A stretch of DNA of 64,000 nt, taken from contig OX597816.1 of assembly GCA_951406725.2 (NCBI GenBank), positions 84,878,001 through 84,942,000 on the forward strand, written 5' to 3'. The notes beneath the pieces are model-generated. The model was not told where the DNA came from, searched no databases, and saw only the letters and a list, made by a program, of their open reading frames with translations. Each line of letters opens with the position of its first letter. The first letter of the stretch is position 1. This document shows positions 14,380 to 27,339 of this stretch, in pieces. Source of the stretch: Octopus vulgaris (lineage: Eukaryota). Position numbers and translations under genes: made by a program.

Positions 14380-16065
14380 CCACTGATGTGTTGTTGCTTG
14401 ATCTACATCAGCATTTCGACTTCGAATTATATACTGTCCTTGTGGACACCATTACTCAATTTGTTTCTGCTCGTTCTTTTTTGTAATCGACTTGATCATT
14501 TTGCCTGTTTTGTGGCAGTGGTTTCAGGTTCTTCAAATAATTCAGGATTAAGGTCAAGTTACCTTGCGAATTTGCAAGCTTTCTTGACAATAGAATGTGA
14601 TTTTTGCTGCTTTGGTCTTTGCACACAAATCGCAGCGTCCAGTTCTCTGTACTGGTTAACTACCTGTTCATTGCTATTGTCGCGGTATTATAGTACAGTT
14701 TTACCTGCATCATTCCTCATCCCCCATTATTTCTAGGTAGGTACAGACGATCAACATCTGCTCGTTCTTAGAAGTTAGTAGTTTTCTTGACTTCCAGTCC
14801 AGGCGTTGGAGCTCTGGAAGATGCCAGTTAATGATGCTGATACTATTATTGGTCAACTGGAAGTGCCAGGGTGTTACTGGCTTCCATACGATTTGTAGAG
14901 TTGAGTTCAGTTTTTAGCATGAGTCTTATTCTACTGTAATATTCCTTTCTTATTTTTTCCTTCATGGTAGCATGTTGTATACCATCTCCTTCGTTTATCT
15001 CCAGGTATTTGTAATTTTCCTGTGGGTCAAACTCCTTGATGGTAGTCTCAGTATCTAATTCAACAATGGAAGTTGTTTGCCTGAGCTTGCCTCTTACAAA
15101 AGTTGCTTTAGCACACTTATCAAAGACAAAGTCCATCCAGATGTCATTACTGTATTCTTTAGCAGTTGTTAGCAGCACTACCAGCTCTTCATCATTTCTA
15201 GCAAACAGTTTCAGATCGTTCATATAAAACAGATGGTTTATTGTTGTATTTTAAACTTTGAACCCATACCTGGTGTTATTTAGTTCGCTTGAGAGTGGGA
15301 TCAGTGCCATGCAAAAGAGTAATGGGGAGAGGAAGTCACCTTGAAAGATGCCTCATTTAATGATGATGTTGTTAGTTTGGCTCATCCCATTACTATGGTA
15401 TAGAAGGAGACGTGTGTTCCACTTGGTCTTGTTACCCTGTATGAATTTGGAGTTGACAAAAGAGATCTTATATATCTCAAGGGCTTTGAGTATCCAATCA
15501 TGTGGGACATTATCAAAGGCTTTCCTGTAGTTTATCCATGCCATACTCGGGTTCTTCTTTTTGCTCCGGCAATTTTCTACAATCATTTTACTTATTATCT
15601 TGGCACTCAAAAGAATTCCTTTTACAGCCTTTTTGGGCTCGTGTAAGGATAAATCTCTGTTCAAGAAAAACGTCTATTCCGTCAATTTATATGGATGTGA
15701 GATCTTGCAGGTGGTGTCGGTAGTTCTTTTTTTGTGTCTTCAGTTCTCGGTAGAAGGTACGATGTTCCTTCGGTCAGCCAGACAGATATTTACTCTGGTT
15801 TCTGGATGATATCAGTCAGACACGCAGCGAAATTTTGGTGTAATTTTGTCAGACAATTTAGTCAGAAGTTAGGAATTCGGTCCAGCTCTGGGATTTTCCA
15901 TTTGTGAGACTTCCGAAGAACACATCTTAGGTCATCTATTCCTATTGCCTCTCATTTCTGTTCATCAAATTCATCCAGTTCAATTTATCACTCTCTTTCC
16001 AATCAGTGTTTGCATTACATTATTTTTGTTGTTCCATATATTCTTCGAGAATTCTTCTATTTTGA
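14380..16065 (-). mobile_element. R4/Dong-type non-LTR retrotransposon, decayed reverse transcriptase region
   Basis: Minus-strand RT motifs MAWINYRKAFDNVPHDWI, GIFQGDFLSPLLFCMALIPL, HLFYMNDLKLFA, DKC and YKYL, then KEKIRKEYYSRIRLMLKTELN...NTLALPV as in R4/Dong. The truncated 5' end abuts an (AAT)n tract. Confidence 0.9.
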
Positions 16066-16230
<165 letters not shown>

Positions 16231-16334
16231 ATGAAGAAGAAGAAGAAGACATACACACATGCACACTCACACACACTCACACACTCAGACAAGCGCACAC
16301 ACAAACCCACACATGTATGCATCCATATACTTAG

Positions 16335-16500
16335 GTATGTGTGAGTTTGTGGTTGTGTCCCCGTAAATTACTAGTTAGGTAAAGGACCGTGAGAAGGATT
16401 TCCATGATTTTCTGGAGTCGATTTCTTCGACTAAAACTCTTTAAAGTGGTGTTCCATTATGGTCGCAGTTGAATGTCTCGAACAAACGATATGAAAAAGA
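16335..16500 (+). mobile_element. Decayed 3' portion of SINE family 1
   Basis: GAGTCGATTTCTTCGACTAAAA...GTGGTGTTCCATTATGGTCGCAGT matches the family 3' region. Confidence 0.6.
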
Positions 16501-16774
16501 AATGACAGAATGGTGCATAAATAAAAAAAAATATATTAAATTCTCATAAAAAAAAGAAACAATAATCTCCAATTGTAGGGAAGTGTTCGAAGAACAATTT
16601 TTCTAAAAGGCCATGATTACTCTGCCACATCCAGAGCATCAGCTATAACTTGTCACAGTTTCTTTGCTCTAAATTGGAAAAGGATGCTAAAAGTGGACCC
16701 CTTCGCCTTGCCGACCTTCCTACCATGATCCTCCGTTCACAAAATTCATTAGAAATTGCAGGTTTCTAAAGGAA

Positions 16775-17015
16775 GAGCTTACTTTCAAAACCAGATATAT
16801 GCATCGGAATGACTTTTGAGTAATTGTTTAAAACAACTAGAATATATCTGATTTTGATCGGAAGTCTAGGATTCGCCTACTGTTTATATGGCATCTATCT
16901 TAGTTCGACGGAAAAAAATTTCATATGCATGAAGCCAGCAGGTTGAAGATTGTGTTTTAATGGTTATCATGAAATAGACCAAATATTCACTTATCCCGGT
17001 TTTGAAAGTAAGCTC
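16775..17015. mobile_element. 241-bp MITE-like element with 18-bp perfect TIR (mariner-derived?)
   Basis: GAGCTTACTTTCAAAACC (16775-16792) and its exact reverse complement GGTTTTGAAAGTAAGCTC (16998-17015), extending imperfectly inward. Confidence 0.7.
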
Positions 17016-17546
17016 GTCATAATACAATAACGATCCTAAAGTTTAGATTCAGAATTTATATAATTTTCATTCTTGAAATTTTCACCATGCAGTGATAGTG
17101 AAAACACTTTAGTTCACTGCAAAGCATCCTATAGCAATAACTCTGGTTGTAAAACCACTACCAATACCATTAGGACTCCGGATATTTTCCAGATATTCCT
17201 CTCCTAGCAATGCTATCGAGTCGTTGACAGTTCTAGACAGACCGTGCAGGCAAAAATAGTAGCCGGGATTACAAACGGACGATGATGTTCGAAATTTCAA
17301 ATGGACGAGGAAACTGTCCTGCTTGCACACGTTAAGTTTACAACTGTTGCTAATTTGTGCGAACGGCTTATCTCGAATAAGAAATGCATCAAGCTATGCT
17401 ACATGGTTGAGTATAAACTATTAACAATGATATTTACCTAATTTATCTTCAGCAGGCTCAGTCATTAAAAACAAATATATGTATATGAGTGAATACGTAT
17501 AAAATACCATCCACCCGCTTATAAAAAAAATCTAAAATTACAGTAG

Positions 17547-17622
<76 letters not shown>

Positions 17623-17664
17623 GCATATATATATATGTATGCATGTATGTATGTATATATTTAC

Positions 17665-17714
<50 letters not shown>

Positions 17715-17715
17715 T
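17547..17715. repeat. (CA)n/(TA)n microsatellites
   Basis: Directly visible. Confidence 0.95.
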
Positions 17716-18271
17716 CATCTGTAGGCCCCTTCTGAATTCATTCAGTAGCATCTACTGTCATTGTAGTTCTTGTTAGTGATGGTGATGATGATGGTGACGA
17801 TGATGAAGATGTAAAGTTGGTGGTGGCGAAGATGATAATAAATAATCTATGAAGATGGATGATGATTGTAATGGATTAAAATAGCGAAATAAAAAATAAA
17901 TGAGTAAAACAAAATGATTGATTGAAAAAGCAAAACAAAAAAAAATTCTATTGTCAATAAGTGAAAGAAGTAGGTTAATGACTGGTGCATGTGTAAAGTG
18001 TACAACTATATTGCAACAAAGCAACAAGCATTGCTTTTACCACCAATAATAAAAATATTAAGGCACAAGATCAGGAACTCAAATCAACGCAATATTTAAC
18101 TGGTAGTTTACTTCTAATGTCCATTTTGGGATATGAATGCAAACACTAAACAAGGAGAACAAATAACGCTAAGCATTAAGGAATACTAAAATACTTTCAC
18201 ATTTACTACAAGGGACTATAGCTTCATACAAAACCTTTTCCGGAGGAAAAAAAACATAGAGAATATACATA

Positions 18272-18448
18272 CGAGGACGTATCAAAAGATTCCCGGAATA
18301 GTTACGCTCAATAAAAAATAACTTATTTACCTATGTTTTAGCATTATCTCCTTCGAAATAGTCACCTTGCGCAGTAATACACCGGTCCCAACGTTTCTAC
18401 CACTTTTGGAATGCGGTCTGGAAGTCGTTTTCCGTAAACGAGTCGAGT
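18272..18448 (-). mobile_element. Mariner 3'-terminal fragment
   Basis: TA|CGAGGACGTATCAAAA TIR. Minus strand reads ENDFQTAFQKW*KRWDRCITAQGDYFEGD, a typical mariner C-terminus. Confidence 0.85.
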
Positions 18449-20089
18449 TGTGTCAAAGAGAACAAATTAACAAAGTAAGAAGTTAGATTAAAAGGTTAAT
18501 GAAAACTGTTATTAATTATAGTAATTTTCCCACTAGCTACTAAGCGGTATAACAAAAGATACTATAAGGTACATATATTGGAATCTTTTGTCTCCAAATA
18601 AATTCAGGCAAGGTGGTGCTAGATACATATTTAGGTTACCTATTAAAAAGATGTATTGGTTAAATCTATATTTGAATGAATTTGCAGTTAAACCAAAAAC
18701 ATTAAAAAAAATACGGACTGAAAAATGTAAATAGGTGAGTGATAAGAGAAGGAGAGTTGAATGTGGGATAAGGAAGGCGACAGGTGTAATTGGGGGTTAG
18801 AGTATGGTATGAACGGTAGCACAGTAAAGCCTTTTCTTGATGAGGAATTTTCGCTGTAGAGGGTAATAGTTTCTATTAAAAGTGTTATTTTTGTTATTTT
18901 TTAGTGTTTTGCTTAAGTTTTGTTTAGTAGGTATTTGCTATTATTTACGAAACGCTATTGGTAATAAAGTAAGATATCTTAAGGTTGTTTATATTCTATC
19001 ACATTTATTATGTCGGATAATCGCACTATATCTCTGTCACCATTCGGTCTCTGGTTAGAATTCCATTGTTTCCTTGCAGTAACTGATTCCTTCTATTCAT
19101 CCACTATTGTTAAAGATTAATTGTAATGATGTACGTGTTTTTTTCAGAAATAATTTTGTGAGATGATAATTTCTGAAATTCTGAGTGACATGTTGTGGAC
19201 GTAGTTATTAATGAATTTCTTTGTGTGATTAGGGAATTCATTGATGTATTGAATCTTCAGGTTAGGTTGTCTATCTGGCTTGTGTGATTGAACTGTCAAG
19301 GCCTAATGTGATACCTAGTAAATAAATTGTTTCTAGGTAATTTCCTGTAGTGGTTATGATACCTATACAATTAAAGAAGTTGATTTTGTCATGGTTTATG
19401 TTTCTTGTTTATCAAAGTTCATAAGATGATCTCATATCCATTATATAGTCCCCGGTAGTATGTAGAGATTTTTGATTTAATAATTTCATGTACAAACACA
19501 TGAAGTTTCTTAACTCAGTGATAAAATTAAATCCCTTGCCGACATTAAACGATTTAGAAGTCTGTTCTCTATCTAAAAGACGTTTTGAAAGATAAAATTG
19601 ATTGTACTGCTTGAAATACGCTTTCGACGTCAATGTATTTCAAGTGTCTTATTGTTGTTGTATTGTTAACAGCATTTATTTTCTTGGTTTTGGAAGTGTA
19701 ATAATCACATATATCAAGTTGAAAAACCGTCGTACTGAATTCATTTGTACATCAGAAGTGCACTCAATTACAGTGACAGAAATGCTCCAGAATGGGTAGT
19801 GTTGAATGTGGTTCAATTTTAGAACTGAATTAATCATCTATAACAGATATATTTACAGTCCCTAGGATAGATTTCAGTCGGGCTATCAATCTGGTAGTTG
19901 GATGTTGCGCGAAATTATGTTTGTGATCTTTTAAACTAATGTAACACAAACTTGTAACCACCATTATCCAAGTATCAACAGAGTAAAAGATACCTTCGAG
20001 TATTACACAATCCTGAGAGTGTCTCACCTCCCAAATTGCAGCTGGTCCTACTGGATCCTTCCTGCAAAGAATCGACTCCGGCTTTGTGC

Positions 20090-20680
20090 AGTCATTTCCT
20101 CTAAACAACGATAGATCCGTAAGCGTTGCTTCCATAGGGAATGCCTTCATGACCATTAGCCGTTTGCATTCAAATCCACACTACACAGCTATGCCCAATC
20201 TCATCCAAATCTACTTCGATCCCCTCCAATAATCCCCTCAATCCTTAATTATACACACCAAGAGCATAAAGTTCAATCATGGTCGACGGCTCTCAAATTT
20301 TTAATTCCATTACATTTAAATATTACGTCTCAAAGTTGCTTCGACACTCATTAATCTCTTTAATATTTCCCTCTCCCCAGAGATATACCCTTAGTTTTAG
20401 AAGCATGCTCCAGGGAAACCTGCAATGAAGTGCTGTTGCTACGTACACAAATATCCTATACTGCATCCATAGATTAATCATTAGACTGATTACCCTTAAA
20501 TTACAAACAGATATACACGAATACCTAGCTCAAAAGCTTGCTATCTCCTCTATTCCTTCCATTGTTGCTGTCATGGCAATTGCTACTTAGAACTGGCTGG
20601 TATTTACTACTCAGGCATCTCGGACACCAAGACCTTCACCTGCTCTTTGGAATCTAGTCCCAGCTCATATTCTTCCTGCA
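20090..20680 (-). mobile_element. Highly decayed LINE RT remnant (CR1/L2/Jockey-like)
   Basis: Degenerate motifs in RT order on the minus strand: KYQPV (NYRPV-like), QY (QYGF-like), AVDHD and EGIPYGS (GVPQGS-like), with many frameshifts. Confidence 0.4.
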
Positions 20681-20805
20681 GGCAGTGATTTACAATAATT
20701 TAAGCAGAACATTAACAGAATCACACTCCCAGATTTTGAAGAGTATGATGATATTGTGGGCATTGAACAGAAAGAACGAACAAACAAAAACTCTATAGGA
20801 ATATT

Positions 20806-21398
20806 TTTTCTACTCTAGGCACAAGGAGGGGTCCAGTTGATTAGGTTGAGTCCAGTATGCAACTAGTACTTAATTTATCGACGCCGACAAGATGAAAGGC
20901 AAAGTCGACATCGGCGGAATTTGAACTCAGAACGTAAAGGCGGACGAAATACCTATTTCTTTACTAACCACAAGGGGCCAAACACAGAGAGGACAAACAA
21001 GGACAGGCAAGTGGATTAAGTTGATTACATCGACCCCAGTGTGTAACTGGTACTTAATTTATCGACCCCGAAAGGATGAAAGGCAAAGTCGACCTTGGCG
21101 GAATTTGTACACAGAACGTAACGGCAGACGAAATACCTATTTCTTTACCACCCACAAGGGGCTAAGCACAGAAGGGACAAACAAGGACAGACAAACAAGG
21201 ACAGACAAACAAGGACATACAGACGGATTAAGTCGATTATATCGACCCCAGTGCGTAACTGGTACTTAATTTATCGACCCCGAAAGGATGAAAGGCAAAG
21301 TCGACCTCGGCGGAATTTGAACTCACAACGTAACGGCAGACGAAATACCACTAAGCATTTAGCCCGGCGTGCTAACGATTCTGCCAAGTCGCCGCTTT
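20806..21398 (-). mobile_element. Composite trimeric tRNA-derived SINE (family 3)
   Basis: One head, three cores (periods 184 and 212 bp) and tails A, A, B. Perfect 16-bp TSD ACTCTATAGGAATATT at 20790-20805 and 21399-21414. Confidence 0.93.
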
Positions 21399-22270
21399 AC
21401 TCTATAGGAATATTGTTGGTTATTGTTTATTGTAACCACTACGGTCTGAGCATCGTTACTGTTGTCACATTTACATACACCGCATCTCCATACATACACA
21501 TACACACAAGCAGACACACATACATATACATGAACGTACATGCATATACGTAAACATACATCTATGTTTGTAAAAATGTTACTTAAAAAAATTATATATT
21601 TTCCATACAAAAAATAAAATAATGATATTTTCTCTTCTGCATTTCTAGTTCCTATCAGAAACATTGTCGCCGGTGATGTTGGTAACGTTGGTAGCGTTAA
21701 AGTGTCAATTAAAAGAAGAAAAAAAAAACATTAAAAAATCACTTTTACAATTACAATGCAAAATACAAAACAAAAAACAAAACCAAGCGAAAACAAGAAA
21801 TTAGCAAAACTAAAAAATTAATGTGAGATCCTAACTTAGCGATGACCTACTTTATTGAATAATTTATTGACTGTCACTTCGAAAACTAGTCGAGATGTAA
21901 GGCAGTTAAATGTATGTCTTAATGTCAAGGTCAGGCACAGACGTGACAACACACACAATAATATTTTTGTTCTATAGATTTGTTATTTCGAATTGTTATA
22001 TTTTTTACCAAAATATTTGTTGTTCATGACCTCATGTGAAAACAGGTTATTGTTTAGCTTATAGCCAATAGTGCTCCTACTGTGACCAAGCAATCGTTCT
22101 ATCAGACAATATATCTTATTTTAATACAATAGCATTGATGGGGAGATTTTTGCACTGTGTCTAGTAACCATTTGGAGATTCTTTTGTTACACATATACTG
22201 ATCATTACATCTATACACCTATCCATTATTATAAACGAAAATTAACTCAATACATACATTTATACATATA

Positions 22271-23555
22271 GGAGGGGCAACCAAAAGTAAGCTGAAGGGT
22301 TCTCTGTGGGACAAGCCGTTGTAGTTCAGACTTCCGCCGATAGATACCACTTGATGCACCCCTCAGGCATCAGTCTGTCGACCGGTGTTGCCTAGTGAAG
22401 TCGTACTGCCATTTAGTGCGTCTTTCTTCTGCAGTACTTCTCCCCTGTTCGTCTACTTTTGCGATGGCTGAAACGAAGGTACAGCGTGATTCCGTGAAAT
22501 TCTGTCTTCTGCCTGGAAAAACAGCGACCGAAACAGTTCTTATGCCTCAAACAGCTTACAAGGTCACTGCCATGAGCAAAGCACAAGTTTACGAGTGACT
22601 TTTACACATTATAAATTATCATTTACCACTTGAAGACCAACCTCATTCAGGGGGACCGTCAACCCACCGAACGAGTGAAAATATTACGAACATTTATGAA
22701 CCGATCTTGGAGGACCGTCGCCGAACGACTCATGAACTTGTTGATATGGCTGGTGTATCCTGGAGCTCTTGCAAACGAATTTTGAGCAAGAAATTTGTGC
22801 CTGGCTTGCTCATAGAAGATCAAAAACAGTCGTGACTGAATACTTGTTGTGAACTGAAAGAACAGCTGTTAAGTTGATCCGAAGAAGTTTTCGAAGGTCA
22901 TCAATGTTAACGAAAGCTAGTTCTATAGCTACGACCCAGAAACGAAGCAGCAATTAACTCAATGGAATAATTCAATGTCACCGTGTCCCACAAAAGTGCA
23001 TCAAGTAAAGTCTAATGTCAAAAGGAAGCTGATTTGTTTCATCGATGTGAAAGGAATCGTCCACACAGCATTTGTTCTTCCTGGTCAAACTGTTAACCAG
23101 ACATTTTACTTGGCAGTTTTGAAGGATTTGTGAGACACAGAGAGAAGAAAACGCCTCAACAAGTGTCAAAGTGGAGAGAGGTGGTTTCCTCACGACAATT
23201 CTCCTTCGCACGCCGCTTGAGTGTGAGAGAGAGTTTTGACAAAAATTGGCATGACCCCTTTACCTATTCTCCCTATTAACCCGATCTTGCTCCCTGCAAA
23301 TTATTTTTGCTGTCTCTGATCAAAATCGTCCTTCCAGGAATAAGTTTGGTAGATGTAGAAGAGGCAAAGATAGAAAAGATGGAGACGTTAAAAGGCATCA
23401 CTTCGCAAGAGTTCCAGAACGTTTTCGAAAATGCGTCTGGACAGGTGTATTGCTTCATATGGCGAATAGTTTGAAGGCGATAAATGTGTAAACATGTAAA
23501 AGTAAGTGAATAAAATACTATTGCACAATTCCACGTTGTTTTGGTTAGCCCCTCG
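22271..23555 (+). mobile_element. Full-length decayed mariner (irritans-like), 1285 bp
   Basis: Imperfect TIRs (C/G)GAGGGGC(T)AACCAAAA with flanking TA. Remnants VKFCLLPGKTATET, YDPETKQQ, HDNSPSH and PDLAPCK. Confidence 0.92.
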
Positions 23556-23650
23556 TATATCATACGTGCATACATGGGCACACACACACACACATACAAA
23601 AAAACAAACACAACATACACACATACAATGAAAACACTGTGCATTCTTAT

Positions 23651-23957
23651 ATAAAGGCCAAAGAGTAAAGACCCCCGTCAGACAAGAATGACCATGAGAT
23701 TACACGTAGAAAGTTTCCCTCCAAGGCACAAGTCCAGGCAAGATTGTTCATAGAAGACCAGTAGTCACCACGCATACCATCCTCCCCTCTCCACGACATC
23801 GCTGTTGTGCTAGGGAAAGGCAAAAGCCATTGCAATTTGGCACCAGTCACGTTGCAACTCATTTCTACAGCTGTGTGAACTGGAGCAACGTGAAATAAAA
23901 AGTCTTGCTCAAGAACACAACACACAACCCGGTCCGAGAATCGAACTCACCGCCTCA
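23651..23957 (-). mobile_element. SINE family 4 (B-box plus CORE/V-like GTGTTCTTGAGCAAGAC), 5'-truncated
   Basis: Reverse complement GAGTTCGATTCTCGGACCGGG-TTGTGTGTTGTGTTCTTGAGCAAGAC...GCTCCAGTTCACACAGCTGTAGAAATGAG. Confidence 0.75.
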
Positions 23958-24239
23958 ACTAGAAAATAACTCACCGTCATACTCATGTTTCTACCCATTA
24001 ATGCTTCAGAAAACCAATAGCGTTTATTACATTCCTTATTATGTGAAATGGTTTGGAATCGGAACTGTAGCCTAATTCTCGATAGGGTTTAGGAGATTAA
24101 TGTGGAAATAATTACTGACCTCTAAGTTTTAAACTTATTGGTAACGTGTGGCGCATATTAGCACATTATTAAATATACACACACACATTCATAAACACAC
24201 ACATGCGCACGCACACATACACGCACACAAGCACACATA

Positions 24240-25516
24240 TCAGGCCATCCCATAAGTACTGTCCGAATTTTGAATAAAGAAAACAAATGATCAAATGTTA
24301 TATTTCATTGAAATTTAATCATCAACGTGCTTTCCCTCGTTATCTATGACTTCCTTCCATCTATTTACAAGCTTTTTAATCCCATCAATGTAAAACTCTT
24401 TCAGTTTAAAAGTGAAGAACTCTGAAATGGCAGTTTCGACCTCCTCCTGGCTTGCGAAATTTATGTCCCCCAAATGATTCTGTAAACTACGAAAAAAATG
24501 GTAGTCTGAGGGAACAAGGTCAAGAGAATAAGGTGGATGAGGAATTTTTTTCCGAACCAAGCTCTTCGATCTTCTGTGATGCGATCTTTGCAGTGTGGGC
24601 TCTCGCATTGTCCTGATGAAACATTACTCCTTTTCGATTCACTAAAGCGGGTCTTTTTACTTCAAAGCTTAGTTCAAACGCTCTAATTGCTGACAGTAGA
24701 CTTCAGCACTGATTGTTGCATTCGGTGGTACCAATTCAAAGTGAGTTACTCTTTGCACTCCCACCAGATAGACAGAAGGATCTTTTCCCATGAAGGTCCC
24801 TCCTCTGTTGTATTTGAGCTTTTTTTCTTTTATCAAGCCACTGTTTACGATGTTTAACATTTCGATAGAAGTTCCATTTTTCGTCACCAGTCACAAGTCT
24901 ATCCAAAAAGGGTGAAATGAGTTTGCGAGAGAAGAGTAGATGTCAACTCGGGATTTGCGGTTGCTTTCGGACAATTCATGAGGCACCCATTTTCCAAGTT
25001 TAGGAACCTTTCCAAGTTGTTGAAGATGACGATGAACAGTTCATGGTTTGAACTAAGCTTTATTGCCAATTCTTCAACTGATAATGCAGGATTTTCTTCA
25101 AGTAATACTTCAAGGAGCTTATCATCAAACTCAACTGGTTGTCCTGTTCGATCTTCATCTTCAAGGCTGAAATCTCCACTTCTGAATTTTGCAAACCATC
25201 TTCTGCAAGCTCTTTCATTTAAGCATGCTTTCCCTTAAACCGAGTGTACTTTTCGAATCGCTTCGGTTGCAGAGTTTCCTTTTTGTACTCATAAAGCATT
25301 ATGTGCCTTAAATGCTCTTTGGATACTTCCATGTTAGAAAGGGTTTAATGAAAGAAATTTTAATTCTACTATTCTGTAAAATAATATTTACGTAGTTTTA
25401 AATGTACACAAATGCATAAAAATAATTTTTAATGCCATTAGACATTCTAAAATACTATTAAATTTCAATCAATTTTAACACAGGTAAAATCGGACAGAAC
25501 GTATGAGATGACCTGA
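24240..25516 (-). mobile_element. Full-length decayed mariner (elegans/Cemar1-like TIR), 1277 bp
   Basis: TIRs TCAGG(C/T)CATC(C/T)CATA(A/C)GT(A/T)CTGTCCGA with flanking TA. Transposase remnants 25332-24315: MEVSKEHLRHIMLYEY, WVPHEL, VTGDEKW, HQDNAR, HPPYSLDLVPSDYHFF. Confidence 0.95.
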
Positions 25517-25594
25517 TATATACGAAAGATTACTTATGAATAAGAAGTTACTCTAACATAAAGGCCTCGTGATAAGCGTAGTTGTTGAGAACAC

Positions 25595-25978
25595 GGAGGC
25601 GCAATGGCCCAGTGGTTAGGGCAGCGGACTGGCGGTCGTAGGATCGCGGTTTCGATTCCCAGACCGGGCGTTGTGAGTGTTTATTGAGCGAAAACACCTA
25701 AAGCTCCACGAGGCTCTGGCAGGGATGGTGGTGATCCTTGCTGTACTCTTTCACCACAACTTTCTCTCACTCTTACTTCCTGTTTCTGTTGTACCTGTAT
25801 TTCAAAGGGCCGGCCTTGTCACTCTCTGTGTCACGCTGAATATCCCCGAGAACTACGTTAAGGGTACACGTGTCTGTGGAGTGCTCAGCCACTTACACGT
25901 TAATTTCACGAGCAGGCTGTTCCGTTGATCGGATCAACCGGAACCCTCGTCGTCGTAACCGACGGAGTGCTTCCATCA
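25595..25978 (+). mobile_element. Full-length tRNA-derived SINE family 2
   Basis: A box TGGCCCAGTGG and B box GGTTTCGATTCC. 11-bp TSD TGTTGAGAACA (25583-25593, 25979-25989). Highly similar copy at 32556. Confidence 0.95.
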
Positions 25979-26705
25979 TGTTGAGAACATTATGCATCAC
26001 ATTAAATTATATTAGGCTGTATGGTTTGCTCTATGCCAGTTTATCATACGAAGGAATGGTTAAGTGATTATTTTTCAGCTGGTAGGATTTGTAGTTAGTA
26101 ATATTAAGGATTATTTCAAAAGATTCTTTTTCTTATAAATTATCTGTTATTGATGCGAGGAGGAAATTATTAGAAACGAAAGAATTGTGGCAAGGAAGAG
26201 GAATATAGACTACTCCATTGTATAGAGAATTTCTGATGAAATCATATGATTGAAAGGAAGTGGCGTTCTAGTTAATTCCTCGTAGATCAAAACAAGGATA
26301 GTTAAGACATCTAGAAAGATTCTCTCATAATGAATATGGGGGAAGAAATTGATATTTCAGATTAAAGTAAAAAGCTATGAAGTAACAAACATTTTTAATA
26401 AGGTGTTCGGGCATTACCTTAAAGAAGCAAGGGAATAAACGAATCTTTTTCCTTTATAATGAAAATATGCAATTACTAATTAAGTAAAACATGTCACCAA
26501 CACACTAGGGTAACAGCAACATGCATATGAATGTGATGTTAATCCAATCCCCAAACATATTACATCAGATATCTCGGAGTGCTGTTTATGGGGCTGATAT
26601 ATAATATGTGATATTAAATCTGATTAAAATCAAACAAACAATCTACAGAGACTACTCCTCTGCGATTTCTTCTAACTCACCACCTTCTTAACCAGTTGTA
26701 ATAAT

Positions 26706-27287
26706 CATTTCTATTATAGGCACATAGCCTCGATTTTGTGGAGATGAGGATAGTCGATTACATCGACCCAGTACTCAACTGGTACTTAATTTATCGATCC
26801 CGAAAGAATCAAAGGCAAAGTCAACCTCGGTGAAATTTGAACTCAGAACGTAGCGGCAGACGAAATATATATTTCTTTACTACCCACAAGGGGCTAAACA
26901 CAAAGAGGACAAACAAGGACAGACAGACGGATTAAGTCGACTATATTGACCCCAGTGCGTAACTGGTACTTATTTAATCGACCTAGAAAGGATGAAAGGC
27001 AAAGTCGACCTCGGCGGAATTTGAACTCAGAACGTAGCGGCAGACGAAATACATATTACTTTACTACCCACAAGGGACTAAACACAGAGAGGACAAACAA
27101 GGACAGATAAACGGATTAAGTCGATTATATCGCCCCCAGTGCGTAACTGGTACTTAATTTATCGACCCCGAAAGAATGAAAGGCAAAGTCGACCTCAGCG
27201 GAATTTGAACTCAGAACGTAGCAGCAGACGAAATACCGCCAAGCATTTCGCCCGGAGTGCTATCGACTCTGCCAGCTCGCCGCCTTA
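26706..27287 (-). mobile_element. Composite trimeric tRNA-derived SINE (family 3), second example
   Basis: One head, three cores at 184-bp period and tails A, A, B. 16-bp TSD AACCAGT(T/G)G(T/C)AATAAT at 26690-26705 and 27288-27303. Confidence 0.93.
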
Positions 27288-27339
27288 AACCAGTGGCAAT
27301 AATGACATTTCCTCTTGTTTGTAAAAGACCAATCCTGAA

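Noticed and set aside
18450-19800. Strand-biased AT-rich block, possible old retroelement ORF
   Set aside because: No unambiguous RT or endonuclease motif was recovered.
21840-22035. Several TGACCT/AGGTCA nuclear-receptor half sites
   Set aside because: These are six-base motifs without canonical repeat spacing and cannot be distinguished from chance.
25595-25670. tRNA gene-like sequence (also 32556 and 63170-63246)
   Set aside because: These are SINE heads. They continue into a shared body with TSDs and lack a proper acceptor stem.
20806-27287. Regularly spaced repeats superficially like a CRISPR array
   Set aside because: The units are 184-bp SINE bodies with no unique spacers, there are no cas genes, and the context is eukaryotic.
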